From: an uncultured delta proteobacterium
Lineage (GTDB): Bacteria; Desulfobacterota; Binatia; Binatales; Binataceae
DNA length: 64,000 nucleotides
Direction of reading: 5' to 3'
NCBI GenBank assembly: GCA_963842085.1
Contig: CAWJET010000001.1
Span: forward strand, 224,001 to 288,000
Below the pieces are notes generated by a model. It was not told where the DNA came from. It ran no database searches and worked only from the letters and a program-made list of their open reading frames with translations. The position numbers and the translations under genes are program-made. Below are positions 37,377 to 46,928 of the stretch, piece after piece (positions within the stretch are counted from its first letter, which is position 1; every line of letters starts with the position of its first letter).

Positions 37377-37566
37377 CTATCGTTCTCTACCGTTTACTAT
37401 GCTCCCTCTGGGATGGCGGGCAAGCCCGCGCAGCTGAACAAACGTTCGCAGGGTTATTAAATCAGAACTGGGTCCAGGCGCGTAAAAATGTCGTGCGGGC
37501 GGTCCCACCGGTTCCCGTAAAACCTTTGGTGGTGAGGCCGGCCCGCACGGCGGAGGCACAGATTGA

Positions 37567-39228
37567 TCAGGCAGGTTTAACTTTGGCCGAGAGCGTATCC
37601 CTTCCGAGCTTCTTGGAATTGCGCGAGAAATAATAAGCCCCGTAGATTCCCCAAACGACCGACAGCACCACCGCGATGATCGGTTCCTTCCAACTGCCGA
37701 GCCCTTCTAGCGGCCCGATGACGTAAAAAGCCATGCAGGCGAAATTCGCGAGCGCTCCGAACACCGGCACCACCATATGCTTGAAGCCGCTGAATTCGTG
37801 ATGCTCGCGGAAGGCCACGATGCAGATGACGTTAGTCAGACCGTACAGTCCGAACGTTCCAAAGTTGGAAATCAGCGTCACCAGAGAAAGCCCGTTCGGC
37901 AGCGCCGACAAGGTCGCGTTCGATCCTATCCCCAGCGCGTACCAGACTGTGTGCGGCAGCGTCGCGATCGTCTTGTCGTCCGGCGCGGCCGATCCGCAGA
38001 AGAAGAACAGCGCCGCGAATGCGCCCAGCACCGCCGAGATTGTCGCCAGCGTCCAGATCGCGCGATGCGGCGTCAGGTTTTCGCCATGCAGCATGCCGAA
38101 GTGCTCCGGCACCTCCTCGTCGCGGCCCATCGCATACGTCACACGCGCGCCGGTGTTGATGCAGGCCAGCGTCGTTCCGATCAGAGCGAGGAACACAGTC
38201 ACCGCTTCGAGTAGCATGAACGCCTGGCCATGGCCGCTGAGCAAGGCGTTTCCGATGATGACCATCATGTCGCCGATTGGCGCGGCCGAGCCTTTTGCGT
38301 CGGAGAGGCTGTAGGCGCTGTTCATGAAGTAGTTCGCGGCGAAGTATTCGATCATGTACATGAACAAGCACTGGATCGTAATCGATAGCAGCACGCCACG
38401 CGGAATGTCCTTGGTGGGGTTCTTGGCTTCCTCGCCCAGAGAGGTAATCGATTCGAAGCCGACCAGCAGCAGGATTGCAATCGTCGCCTGCAGCATCATC
38501 CAGTTGAAGTTGTGCGGCAGCACCACTGAGAGCGCACTTGTATGTGCTGGCGCATCGCCGCTGAACGCGTAGTGCAATACCTTGCTGGTGCCATCGAGAG
38601 CCATACCCGTGGATCCGTCGGGATGTCCAAGCCGGTAGGATATCGCAAGCGCGGTGAAAAATAGCAGCGCGACCCACTGGATTATGTTGATCACAAGATT
38701 GACCATCGTGGAGCCGACCACGCCCTTGTATGCGATCCAGGAGATTGCGTAGGCGAAGATAACCGCGATCACGGCCATGAAAACAGGTCCCGGAATTCCA
38801 GCGTTCATATAGTTGGGAGCTATGCTGCCGACGATGTAGCCGATCATGATACCGATCGTCGCCACCATCACGCCGGGGTAAACCCAATAGTACAGGTGCG
38901 ACGCCCAGCCGGTGACGAACTTCGCGATTCGGGCGAACTTGAAGGCGTGCGTGGTATTGAGAAACGCCTTCTCCGCGAAGAGATACGAGCTACCTGCCCC
39001 AGGATAGAGCTTCGCGAGCTCCGAGTACGAGACGGCGGTCGCGTAGGCAAGTACGACGGCGAAAAAGATTCCTGCCCACATCCCCATGCCGGACGGGTAC
39101 GCGTAGCCGGCTTGGACTACAAACGTGATCCATAGGAATGCTCCCGGTGCGATCAGCGCCATCGCGTTGACCGTGACACCGGTTAATCCCAGGGTCGGTT
39201 TCATTTTGGGTTCTGTTGCTTCGGCCAT
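37567..39228 (-). CDS. APC family amino-acid permease
   Basis: NAMALIAPGAF, YSELAKLYPGAGSSY, VGFES...EEAKNP and ARVTYAMGRD; about 12-13 TM. Confidence 0.9.
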   Translation of the reverse strand: MAEATEPKMKPTLGLTGVTVNAMALIAPGAFLWITFVVQAGYAYPSGMGMWAGIFFAVVLAYATAVSYSELAKLYPGAGSSYLFAEKAFLNTTHAFKFARIAKFVTGWASHLYYWVYPGVMVATIGIMIGYIVGSIAPNYMNAGIPGPVFMAVIAVIFAYAISWIAYKGVVGSTMVNLVINIIQWVALLFFTALAISYRLGHPDGSTGMALDGTSKVLHYAFSGDAPAHTSALSVVLPHNFNWMMLQATIAILLLVGFESITSLGEEAKNPTKDIPRGVLLSITIQCLFMYMIEYFAANYFMNSAYSLSDAKGSAAPIGDMMVIIGNALLSGHGQAFMLLEAVTVFLALIGTTLACINTGARVTYAMGRDEEVPEHFGMLHGENLTPHRAIWTLATISAVLGAFAALFFFCGSAAPDDKTIATLPHTVWYALGIGSNATLSALPNGLSLVTLISNFGTFGLYGLTNVICIVAFREHHEFSGFKHMVVPVFGALANFACMAFYVIGPLEGLGSWKEPIIAVVLSVVWGIYGAYYFSRNSKKLGRDTLSAKVKPA

Positions 39229-39322
39229 CCTTTACACCTTTTGCGTTGGGCGCAGCTTTGCGCGTTGCACTCAAGTCCCCCGATAGTTGGATATCGTCGC
39301 CAATTGCCTACGCGCGGACGGC

Positions 39323-39338
39323 AGCAGGAAGCATGCCA
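39323..39338 (-). promoter_or_regulatory. Sigma-54 (-24/-12) promoter for the APC permease
   Basis: Minus strand TGGCATGCTTCCTGCT matches TGGCACG-N4-TTGCW with correct GG-N10-GC spacing, about 95 nt upstream of the ATG. Confidence 0.6.
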
Positions 39339-39568
39339 CTAGTGGCTCAATCGAGAAGCAAAGTGAGTAAGGAATGGCGGGCCAACACCTGAAACGATAG
39401 GAGCTTTACAAAATGAAATGCTCGCCAGCCTATCTGAACTTTGATCGGCCCAGCGAAAATGAATCACAGCAGATGAAGGATTTCATTTTGCAATGTGGTC
39501 CAAATGACTCCAAGCTTTACGAATCGTTCTCAGACTGTTGACCAATGCCGACTCGCAGTCATGCTTGC

Positions 39569-39585
39569 TGCAAATTTTTTGTGCA
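39569..39585. promoter_or_regulatory. Candidate NtrC-like enhancer site
   Basis: TGCAAATTTTTTGTGCA (TGCA-N9-TGCA), about 230 nt upstream of the sigma54 site across an AT-rich spacer. Confidence 0.4.
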
Positions 39586-39638
39586 GTGCCGAATCAATGG
39601 GCGCTATGTTGCGATGCGGGTTCCCGTATGATCGCTTC

Positions 39639-40394
39639 CTACCGGGGCGCAGCGCCGAAGAATTCAAGCACGACCTCTTTGAATCGTGGATCTGCGGGCG
39701 CCGTCATATGGTCGCGGCCTGCGAGCATCACCAGCCGCGCTCCCGGGATCATCTTCGCCAGCGGCTCGGGATCTCCGATCGCGTCGTCGTTGGTTCCGAC
39801 GACGATCAGCACCGGGATCGGCACGGCCGCGAGCCTGGCGGGATCGAACGGCGCCCGCTCCGCGTCGATCAACGCGGCGAGCGCCTTCGAATCGTTGGGC
39901 ATCGACTCGGCGAATCGCCGGTACGCCTTTGCCACCGGACTCTTTATCGTCGCCGGATCGTCAGCGCGGTAGGCCGCAGAGATCGCATCGCGATCCGCCT
40001 TGTCTTCCAGACCGTCGTCGTAGGCGATTCCGCCCAGAACGATCGCGCGAAAGCGCTCCGGATGCGACAGCATCAGCTCCATCGCGATGCTCGCGCCCAT
40101 CGAGTAACCCATCAGAAGCGCCCGCTCGAGTCCGAGATGGTCCATCAGGCGCGTCACGTCGGCGCCTATGCTCGCGTAGCCGTACGCCTCGCGCGCTTGC
40201 GGCTTGTCGCTGAGTCCGTGCCCGCGCACGTCGGGCGCAATCACCCGGTATCTCGGCGACAGCGCCGCGATCCATCCGGTGCCACCCCAGTTGTGCTCCG
40301 CCGTGGACGCAAACCCGTGCACCAGGACGATAGGCCCGCCGGCGCCGACATCCTGGTAATGAATCCTGACGCCCGCTGAGTCGAAAAACGGCAT
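39639..40394 (-). CDS. Alpha/beta hydrolase
   Basis: LVHGFAS, DVRGHGLS, nucleophile elbow GYSMG and C-terminal His (GRDHM). Confidence 0.9.
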   Translation of the reverse strand: MPFFDSAGVRIHYQDVGAGGPIVLVHGFASTAEHNWGGTGWIAALSPRYRVIAPDVRGHGLSDKPQAREAYGYASIGADVTRLMDHLGLERALLMGYSMGASIAMELMLSHPERFRAIVLGGIAYDDGLEDKADRDAISAAYRADDPATIKSPVAKAYRRFAESMPNDSKALAALIDAERAPFDPARLAAVPIPVLIVVGTNDDAIGDPEPLAKMIPGARLVMLAGRDHMTAPADPRFKEVVLEFFGAAPR

Positions 40395-40484
40395 GTGTGG
40401 ACCTCCACGCTCCGACGATGGCGGAACTCTCCCCCCTTGCTGCCTGCCCGGGATACCTTAATCGTTGGCCGGCGTATCTGTATA

Positions 40485-41144
40485 ATGGCGCTGGCGATGG
40501 CGATTGACCTGGAAGACGCGCGCGAGCGGATGGTGCTCGAGCAGCTCGAACGCCGCGGGATTAAAGACCCGCGCGTGCTCGCCGCGATGCGCACGGTCGC
40601 CCGCCATCGCTTCCTGCCCGCGGAACTTCGCGAGCACGCCTACGACGACGGTCCCCTGCCGATCGGCGACTCGCAGACAATTTCGCAACCGTACATGGTC
40701 GCCCTGATGAGCGAGGTCGCCGGACTCACGGGCACGGAGAAAGTTCTCGAAATCGGCACCGGCTCAGGCTATCAGACCGCGGTGCTCGCGCGTCTGGCGC
40801 GGGCGGTCTATTCGGTCGAACTCAACGCGAATCTTCACGATCGCGCCCGGGCAATTCTTAGTTCGATGGGTTTCAGCAACGTCAACCTTCGATGCGGCGA
40901 CGGTTCGTTTGGATGGCCCGAGGAGGCGCCCTTCGACGTCGTGATGGTGACGGCGGCGATGCCGGGGATTGCGCTTCCGCTGCTCAATCAATTGACGCCG
41001 CAAGGACGGTTGGTTGCGCCGATTGGCGAAGACGAACTCCAGACCCTGGTGCGCATCAGCCGCAAGACCGGTCATTGGAGCGAGGAATATTTCGGCGAGT
41101 GCCGATTCGTAAAGATGACGGGCAAGCACGGCTTCCAGGATTAG
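40485..41144 (+). CDS. pcm: Protein-L-isoaspartate O-methyltransferase
   Basis: QTISQPYMVA, VLEIGTGSGYQTA and GWPEEAPFD. Start at 40485 or 40497; a TATAAT lies at 40481. Confidence 0.94.
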   Translation: MALAMAIDLEDARERMVLEQLERRGIKDPRVLAAMRTVARHRFLPAELREHAYDDGPLPIGDSQTISQPYMVALMSEVAGLTGTEKVLEIGTGSGYQTAVLARLARAVYSVELNANLHDRARAILSSMGFSNVNLRCGDGSFGWPEEAPFDVVMVTAAMPGIALPLLNQLTPQGRLVAPIGEDELQTLVRISRKTGHWSEEYFGECRFVKMTGKHGFQD

Positions 41145-41220
41145 CGCGCCGAAATTTTGCGGCTCGCAGCATGTGGCACGGTTGCGGTGATTAACGGCGG
41201 ATGATGCGATCGAGGAGTGG

Positions 41221-41970
41221 ATGACAGGGATGCGGTGGATTTCGCGCGCGAGCGTCGTAATCGCGCTCGCATCCTCGCTCGCGCTGGCAGGATGCGGTAG
41301 CGGCGCGCCGTCCTCTTATGTTGCCGCCGGCTCGGGGCGCCCCGTCACGCACGTCGTCGCGCCTGGCGACACCCTTTACCATATCGCGAGCGAGTACGGC
41401 GTCAGCGTCGGACGCCTGATGGCGGCCAACGGACTCAGCGACCCGCGCGAGCTGCGCGTCGGCGAAGAGCTGACGATCCCGGGCGGTTACCGGGCCGCGT
41501 CGATCGGGACGGCGTCGAGCGGTATGCGTCCGTATACCGGCGAGCGGGCGTCGCGCCAATTTCAGTGGCCGGTGGCGCAAGGAGTGGTGTCGTCGGGATT
41601 CGGAATGCGCAACGGCGCGATGCACGACGGCGTTGACATCGCGGCTCCGGCCGGCACTCCGGTTTATGCCGCCGATAGCGGCGTCGTGATCTTCTCGGGC
41701 ACGCTTCACGGCTACGGCAACACCGTGATCATTCGCCACGACGACAATTACGCGACGGTTTACGGCCACAACGAGCGCAACCTGGTCAGCGAGGGCGCTC
41801 GCGTCGCGCGCGGACAGGAAATCGGCGAGATCGGACGCAGCGGGCGCACCACCGGCGCCAATCTCCATTTCGAGGTGCGCCGCTCCAACGTCGCGCAGAA
41901 CCCGCTCGCCTATCTGCCCGAGCCCACATCGTCGGACGGGATCAGCTTTGCCGCGGCCGGCGGCAGCTAG
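41221..41970 (+). CDS. nlpD: LysM/M23 lipoprotein (NlpD-like)
   Basis: Lipobox LAGC, LysM (HVVAPGDTLYHIA), HDGVD, YGH and HFEVR; follows pcm. Confidence 0.85.
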   Translation: MTGMRWISRASVVIALASSLALAGCGSGAPSSYVAAGSGRPVTHVVAPGDTLYHIASEYGVSVGRLMAANGLSDPRELRVGEELTIPGGYRAASIGTASSGMRPYTGERASRQFQWPVAQGVVSSGFGMRNGAMHDGVDIAAPAGTPVYAADSGVVIFSGTLHGYGNTVIIRHDDNYATVYGHNERNLVSEGARVARGQEIGEIGRSGRTTGANLHFEVRRSNVAQNPLAYLPEPTSSDGISFAAAGGS

Positions 41971-42025
41971 TATCGTTGACCACCGCACGCCAGCTCGCCC
42001 AACAACCGTGCGATGGAATCAACGC

Positions 42026-42547
42026 ATGACCGCAGAAGAAATCAAAAAGCTGATTCGCAACGTCCCCGACTTTCCCAACCCCGGAATAATGTTCAGGGAC
42101 TTTACCCCGCTAATCGCCGACGCTCGCGGTTTCGCCGCAGTGGTCGATCAGTTGGCGGAGCCTTACCTCGGTAAAGTCGACCTCGTGCTCGGAATCGAGT
42201 CGCGCGGCTTCATCGTCGGCGCGCCCGTGGCGTATCGATTGGGCGTGGGCCTGGCGATCGCGCGCAAGCCCGGCAAGCTCCCGTTCCATACCTTCGATCA
42301 GGCGTACGATCTCGAGTACGGCAGCGCGTCGTTGGAGATGCATCAGGACGCGCTGGCGGGCAAGGGTCGCGTGCTGCTGGTTGACGACCTGCTGGCCACC
42401 GGCGGCACCGCTGCCGCGGCGCTGCAATTGGTCAAAAGGATCGGCGGCAACGTGATCGGATGCGCGTTCGTGGTCGAGCTCGACGCGCTCAAGGGACGCG
42501 AGCGCCTGGCGCCGGTCAACTGTTTCTCGCTGATCCACTATGATTAA
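42026..42547 (+). CDS. apt: Adenine phosphoribosyltransferase
   Basis: PDFPNPGIMFRD, GIESRGF, RKPGKLP, YDLEYG and VDDLLATGGT. Confidence 0.96.
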   Translation: MTAEEIKKLIRNVPDFPNPGIMFRDFTPLIADARGFAAVVDQLAEPYLGKVDLVLGIESRGFIVGAPVAYRLGVGLAIARKPGKLPFHTFDQAYDLEYGSASLEMHQDALAGKGRVLLVDDLLATGGTAAAALQLVKRIGGNVIGCAFVVELDALKGRERLAPVNCFSLIHYD

Positions 42548-42550
42548 GCG

Positions 42551-43468
42551 ATGCAGCCCTCGATGGACAATCACGAGCCGCGCGCGGCGGCGCGGTCGGA
42601 TCAGCGCCGGCTGCTGGTCGTCCTCGGCGTCACGTCGGTCTATCTCGTCACCGAGCTCGTCGGCGGTTATCTGACGGGCAGCCTGGCCCTGCTCTCCGAC
42701 GCGGTCCACATGCTGACCGACATCGCGGCGTTGTGCCTGGGCCTGCTGACGCTGTGGATCTCGACCCGGCCCGCCTCGTCGGCGAAAACCTACGGTTATC
42801 TCCGCGCGGAAATTCTGGGCGCGTTGCTCAACGGTTTTTTTCTGTGGCTGCTGGTGGTCTTCATCTGGATCGAAGCGATCGAGCGCCTGCGAGACCCGCG
42901 CCCGGTTTCAGGACTGGGCGTGATGGCGATCGCGACCGTCGGAATCGGCGTGAATGCCTTCTCGGCGTGGATAACCTCGACCGAAGCGCCCGGCCGGCTG
43001 AGGCGCGGGATGGCGATGCGCGCGGTGTTTGTGCACGTCACGTCCGATCTGATCGGCTCCGTAGGCGTGCTCGCGTCGGGCGCTCTGAACTATTTCACTG
43101 GATGGATGCAGGCCGATCCGGCGGTGAGCATATTGATCGGATGCCTGGTGTTGTACGGGTCATGGGGGCTGGTGCGCGAGGGCGTGGACATCCTGATGGA
43201 ATCGGTGCCGTCGCACATCAACCTGGACGAAATGCGCACGGACCTGCTGGCCGTCAGCGGCACCGAGGAAGTTCACGACCTTCACGTCTGGTGCCTCAGC
43301 ACTCGGCAAATCGCGCTGTCGGCCCACGCGGTGGTCGCGGCGGATGCGGATCGCGATCGAGTACTGGCCGAGATGTGCCATCTGCTGCAGACCAAGTTCG
43401 ACATCCACCATCTGACCTTGCAGCTCGAGCGCGACAATCGCCGCGAACACGAGCCGGAACATTTCTGA
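42551..43468 (+). CDS. Cation diffusion facilitator (CzcD/ZitB-like)
   Basis: SLALLSDAVHMLTD, HVTSD and VHDLHVW. Confidence 0.92.
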   Translation: MQPSMDNHEPRAAARSDQRRLLVVLGVTSVYLVTELVGGYLTGSLALLSDAVHMLTDIAALCLGLLTLWISTRPASSAKTYGYLRAEILGALLNGFFLWLLVVFIWIEAIERLRDPRPVSGLGVMAIATVGIGVNAFSAWITSTEAPGRLRRGMAMRAVFVHVTSDLIGSVGVLASGALNYFTGWMQADPAVSILIGCLVLYGSWGLVREGVDILMESVPSHINLDEMRTDLLAVSGTEEVHDLHVWCLSTRQIALSAHAVVAADADRDRVLAEMCHLLQTKFDIHHLTLQLERDNRREHEPEHF

Positions 43469-43477
43469 GTCGGACAA

Positions 43478-44113
43478 ATGAATGCCAACCAGACAATTTT
43501 CTACGACATCAACACGCAGCGCGACTTCATTCTGCCCGACGGTAAATTCCACATCGCGGGCGCGGAGAAGATCGTGCCGGTGTGGAAGGCGATTACCGAT
43601 CTCGCGCGCGATCAGAAAGTGCAGATCGTCTGCTCGGTCGACTGCCACGTTCCAGGCGATCCGCAACTGAAGAGTTGGGGCGGCCCATATCCCGATCATT
43701 GCATGGCGGGCACGCCCGGCCAGAAAAAAATCGACGAGACCGAGCCGCTCAATCCAGTGATGCTGGAAAACAAGGAATACACCACCGACGAAATTCAGAA
43801 GATTCTCGAGCATCGGGGAGAGATCGTCTTTCGACGCCAACAATTCGAGAAGCTCGCCGACAACGCTCACCTGAGCGCAATCCTGCGGCTCGTCCTGCGC
43901 CCCTACCAGGATGTCGTGATGTACGGCGTCTACACGGAGTCATGCGTTGCGCGTGAGCTCACCGCGCTCATCGGCGTCGGACCGAAGCTTCACCTGGTCA
44001 GGGACGCGGTCGCGATTATCGGCGAGGAATCTCCAACCTTTAACGAAAAATTGCAGCAGGAGGGCGTCAACCTGCTCGCGTTCGATGAGTTGAAGCTGCA
44101 AATGCTCAACTGA
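43478..44113 (+). CDS. Isochorismatase-family cysteine hydrolase (nicotinamidase-like)
   Basis: DINTQRDF, DCH, YPDHC and GVYTESCV. Confidence 0.82.
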   Translation: MNANQTIFYDINTQRDFILPDGKFHIAGAEKIVPVWKAITDLARDQKVQIVCSVDCHVPGDPQLKSWGGPYPDHCMAGTPGQKKIDETEPLNPVMLENKEYTTDEIQKILEHRGEIVFRRQQFEKLADNAHLSAILRLVLRPYQDVVMYGVYTESCVARELTALIGVGPKLHLVRDAVAIIGEESPTFNEKLQQEGVNLLAFDELKLQMLN

Positions 44114-45027
44114 TGGCCAGCTCTCAGCCAAGCGAGCCGGGCGCCCGCGACGAGGGCGCGCCGGGGTTTTACGACGAGCCCTGGGTTACGCCGCCGTTTC
44201 AGCCGTTGCGAGCGATCGGCTCGGTCATCTTGATCGCGTGCGGCTTCGGGCTCTATGAATACCTACTGGTGTCGTTCTGGTCGGTGCCGTGGATGGGCAT
44301 CCACGAACGAATTCCGTGGCCCGCGTTCGCGATCGCGCTGGCGGCGCTTGTGCTCTCGATTGCGGGCTTGCGCCTTGCCCTGGGACTCGCCTCGCCGCAC
44401 GCCAAACTTGGATTTGGCCTGTTCGCATTTCTGGCATGCATTGTCGTTGGAGCGGGCGGCGGCCGATTCCTCAGCTACGCGATGCGCGTGACGCTGAATC
44501 CGCCCTTCACGCTGAAGCTCGCATTGGGGCAGCGATTTCCAAGCTTCGCGCTCGTCGATCAGAACGACTCGCTTCACCGCGGCCCAGTGCCATCCGGCGC
44601 GGGCGCCAGCTTGATTTATGTCTATCGCGGAGACTACTGCCCGTTCGCGCGGTTCGAGCTCGCCGAACTGACCGCGCACGCCGCCGATTTCCACCGCGCC
44701 GGCGTGGATATTGTGGCCATCAGCACCGACGCGGTCGAGCGCTCGAAGATGCTCGCCGGATTTCTGCGCACGAAAATCCCGATGCTCAGCGATAACCGCG
44801 AATCGATCCTCGGGCCGCTCGGTCTCGTGCAACATCACCGCAACGGCGAGCCGGACAACGCGATACCCGCCTTTTTTATCCTTGATCGAAACGGCGTCGT
44901 GCGGTGGATTTTCACCTCGCCCTACTATCGCGAGCTGCCGCGGCCCGACGCTCTCCTCGACGCGGCAAAGTCAGTCATTGCCGGCGAGACGACGACGGGT
45001 CAATCGCCGACAGCATCGCCGCAGTAG
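44113..45027 (+). CDS. Membrane-anchored peroxiredoxin-like (AhpC/TSA) protein
   Basis: Three N-terminal TMs, then PSFALVDQN...YRGDYCPFA...VAISTD...PAFFILDRNGVVRW. Confidence 0.78.
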   Translation: MASSQPSEPGARDEGAPGFYDEPWVTPPFQPLRAIGSVILIACGFGLYEYLLVSFWSVPWMGIHERIPWPAFAIALAALVLSIAGLRLALGLASPHAKLGFGLFAFLACIVVGAGGGRFLSYAMRVTLNPPFTLKLALGQRFPSFALVDQNDSLHRGPVPSGAGASLIYVYRGDYCPFARFELAELTAHAADFHRAGVDIVAISTDAVERSKMLAGFLRTKIPMLSDNRESILGPLGLVQHHRNGEPDNAIPAFFILDRNGVVRWIFTSPYYRELPRPDALLDAAKSVIAGETTTGQSPTASPQ

Positions 45028-45652
45028 CCAGCGCCGGAGACTCGGCGGCGAATATCGCACCGATCGACGCGACTCCGGCCGGCCGCGCAGCCGGGTCAGG
45101 AGACGCAAACAGTTCGCGCGTGCGCTCGGGCGTGATGCCGCCGAGTGCGAAGACCGGAATCGCGCCCGCACCACACGCCGCGGCAAGCCCGCTCGGGCCC
45201 CACGCAGGCCCGGTGGCGGGCTTGGATAGCGGATCGAAGACGGGGCCGAATACCGCGAAGTCGGCGCCCTCGCGCGCGGCGCCGGCAACATCAGGCGGCG
45301 AGTGACTCGAGACTCCGATAAGCCGGTCAGGTCCAAGCAGCTTGCGCGCCATGCTGACGCCAATCGAATCGAACGGCAGATGAACGCCGTCGGCGTCCGC
45401 AGCAATTGCCACGTCGACACGATCGTTCACTAGCAGCGGCGCGCCGGCGCGCGTGCAGATTTGCCGAAGGTGCAGCGCCAGCTCGTAGAGCTCGCGCGCC
45501 GGCAAATCCTTTTCGCGCAGTTGCAGTGCGACCGCACCGTGCGGCGCCGCCGTAAGCGCCGCCTCGCACGCGGCGGCGAGATCGCCGCTCTTTACGACGC
45601 GGCGATCGGTGATGAGATAGAGTCGAAAGCTGACGCGCGGGCGCGACGACAA
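44975..45652 (-). CDS. thiE: Thiamine phosphate synthase
   Basis: LYLITDR, QLREKD, VNDRVDVA...DGVHL, GVSSH, FGPVF and ALGGI; lies in an operon with thiG. Confidence 0.88.
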   Translation of the reverse strand: MSSRPRVSFRLYLITDRRVVKSGDLAAACEAALTAAPHGAVALQLREKDLPARELYELALHLRQICTRAGAPLLVNDRVDVAIAADADGVHLPFDSIGVSMARKLLGPDRLIGVSSHSPPDVAGAAREGADFAVFGPVFDPLSKPATGPAWGPSGLAAACGAGAIPVFALGGITPERTRELFASPDPAARPAGVASIGAIFAAESPALATAAMLSAIDPSSSRRQ

Positions 45653-45658
45653 GGCGTC

Positions 45659-46435
45659 CTACCGTATCAAGCCAGTTAGCGGGCTCGACGCGGTCGCGTA
45701 GAGCTTGCGCTCGATCCGGCCGGCACGGTATGCGAGGCGGCCGGCCTCGACCGCGAGCTTCATCGCACGCGCCATCGCGATTGGATCCTTCGCGCCCGCG
45801 ATTGCGGTGTTCATCAGCACGCCGTCACATCCAAGTTCCATCGCCTCGGCAGCGTCGGACGCGGTGCCCACGCCCGCATCGACGATCACCGGCACCTTCG
45901 CCTGCTCGATGATAATTGCGAGGTTGAATGGATTGCGGATGCCGAGGCCGGAGCCGATCGGCGCCGCCAGCGGCATCACGGCCACGCATCCTAGCTCCTG
46001 GAGCCGAAGGCAAGTGACAGGATCGTCGGTGGCATACGGCATCACTTTGAATCCTTCCTTGACCAGCACGCGGGCCGCTTCGAGCGTCGCGACTACATCG
46101 GGAAACAGCGTCTGCTTGTCGCCGATCACTTCAAGCTTGACGAGCTCGCCGACGCCGACCTCGCGCGCGAGGCGGCAGGTGCGAATCGCCTCGTCGGCGG
46201 TGAAGCATCCGGCGGTGTTGGGAAGAATCTGGTAGCGCTTGGGGTCGAGGTAGTCGAGCAGATTTTCCTTGCCGCGATCGGTGATGTTCACGCGGCGCAC
46301 AGCGACGGTCACGATTTCGGCGCCGCTTTCCTCGACCGCAGCTTTGGTCTCCGCGAAGTCGCGATACTTGCCGGTGCCAACGATGAGACGCGACTTGAAT
46401 TTTTTGCCGCCCAATTCAAATAAAGTGTCCTGCAT
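45659..46435 (-). CDS. thiG: Thiazole synthase
   Basis: [34 protein letters not shown] and DAGVG. Confidence 0.97.
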   Translation of the reverse strand: MQDTLFELGGKKFKSRLIVGTGKYRDFAETKAAVEESGAEIVTVAVRRVNITDRGKENLLDYLDPKRYQILPNTAGCFTADEAIRTCRLAREVGVGELVKLEVIGDKQTLFPDVVATLEAARVLVKEGFKVMPYATDDPVTCLRLQELGCVAVMPLAAPIGSGLGIRNPFNLAIIIEQAKVPVIVDAGVGTASDAAEAMELGCDGVLMNTAIAGAKDPIAMARAMKLAVEAGRLAYRAGRIERKLYATASSPLTGLIR

Positions 46436-46463
46436 ATTCTTTTCACTGCCTTGTGCGTGGCGG

Positions 46464-46682
46464 CTATCCGCCGCCGACGAAGTTGATTATCTCGACCTGA
46501 TCGCCCGCCCGTACAATCGTCGCGTCGTAGCTGGCCTTGGGCACGATCTCGCGGTTGATCTCGACGGCCACGCGGCTGCGGCGCATGTTCAGGCGTTCGA
46601 GCAGCGCGGTCAGCGGCGTGTCGGCGCTGAGCGGGTACGGATCGCCGTTGAGCGTGATTGAAGTTGCGATTGAATCCGGCAT
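46464..46682 (-). CDS. thiS: Sulfur carrier protein
   Basis: [12 protein letters not shown]...[13 protein letters not shown] (C-terminal GG). Confidence 0.95.
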   Translation of the reverse strand: MPDSIATSITLNGDPYPLSADTPLTALLERLNMRRSRVAVEINREIVPKASYDATIVRAGDQVEIINFVGGG

Positions 46683-46744
46683 TATTGAGCCGCTTCCCTG
46701 GTCTAGGGAAGCGGCCCAGGCGCAGCCGCGAACGTTGCGCCGTT

Positions 46745-46828
46745 GGCTTCCCTACGCCGGCATTACCCGGATCAGGTTCAAGGGGTTCTCCCGCAGGAGC
46801 TCTCAGTGCGAAATCGCACACCCCCAGC
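46745..46828 (-). ncRNA. TPP riboswitch aptamer
   Basis: Minus strand GGGGTG..CTGAGA..ACCCCTTGAACCTGATCCGGGTAATGCCGGCGTAGGGAAG matches the THI-box consensus, upstream of thiS. Confidence 0.95.
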
Positions 46829-46928
46829 CCGCTCCGACTATACGATCAAGCTCGGGAGGATGTCAAAAATGCGCCCGCCGCCGTATGGGTTGGTCGGATT
46901 GATTGACGCTATCAGCCGGCGGTTAGGG

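Noticed and set aside
37490-37550. Stem-loop CGTGCGGGC/GCCCGCACG after the APC permease as a novel RNA
   Set aside because: Adequately explained as a terminator or stability hairpin; no further evidence.
41174-41190. TGGCACGGTTGC as a sigma54 promoter for nlpD
   Set aside because: The GG-to-GC spacing is too short for a -24/-12 promoter.
44620-44660. Selenocysteine in the peroxiredoxin-like redox motif
   Set aside because: The frame is open with TGC (Cys) and GCG (Ala); there is no in-frame TGA.
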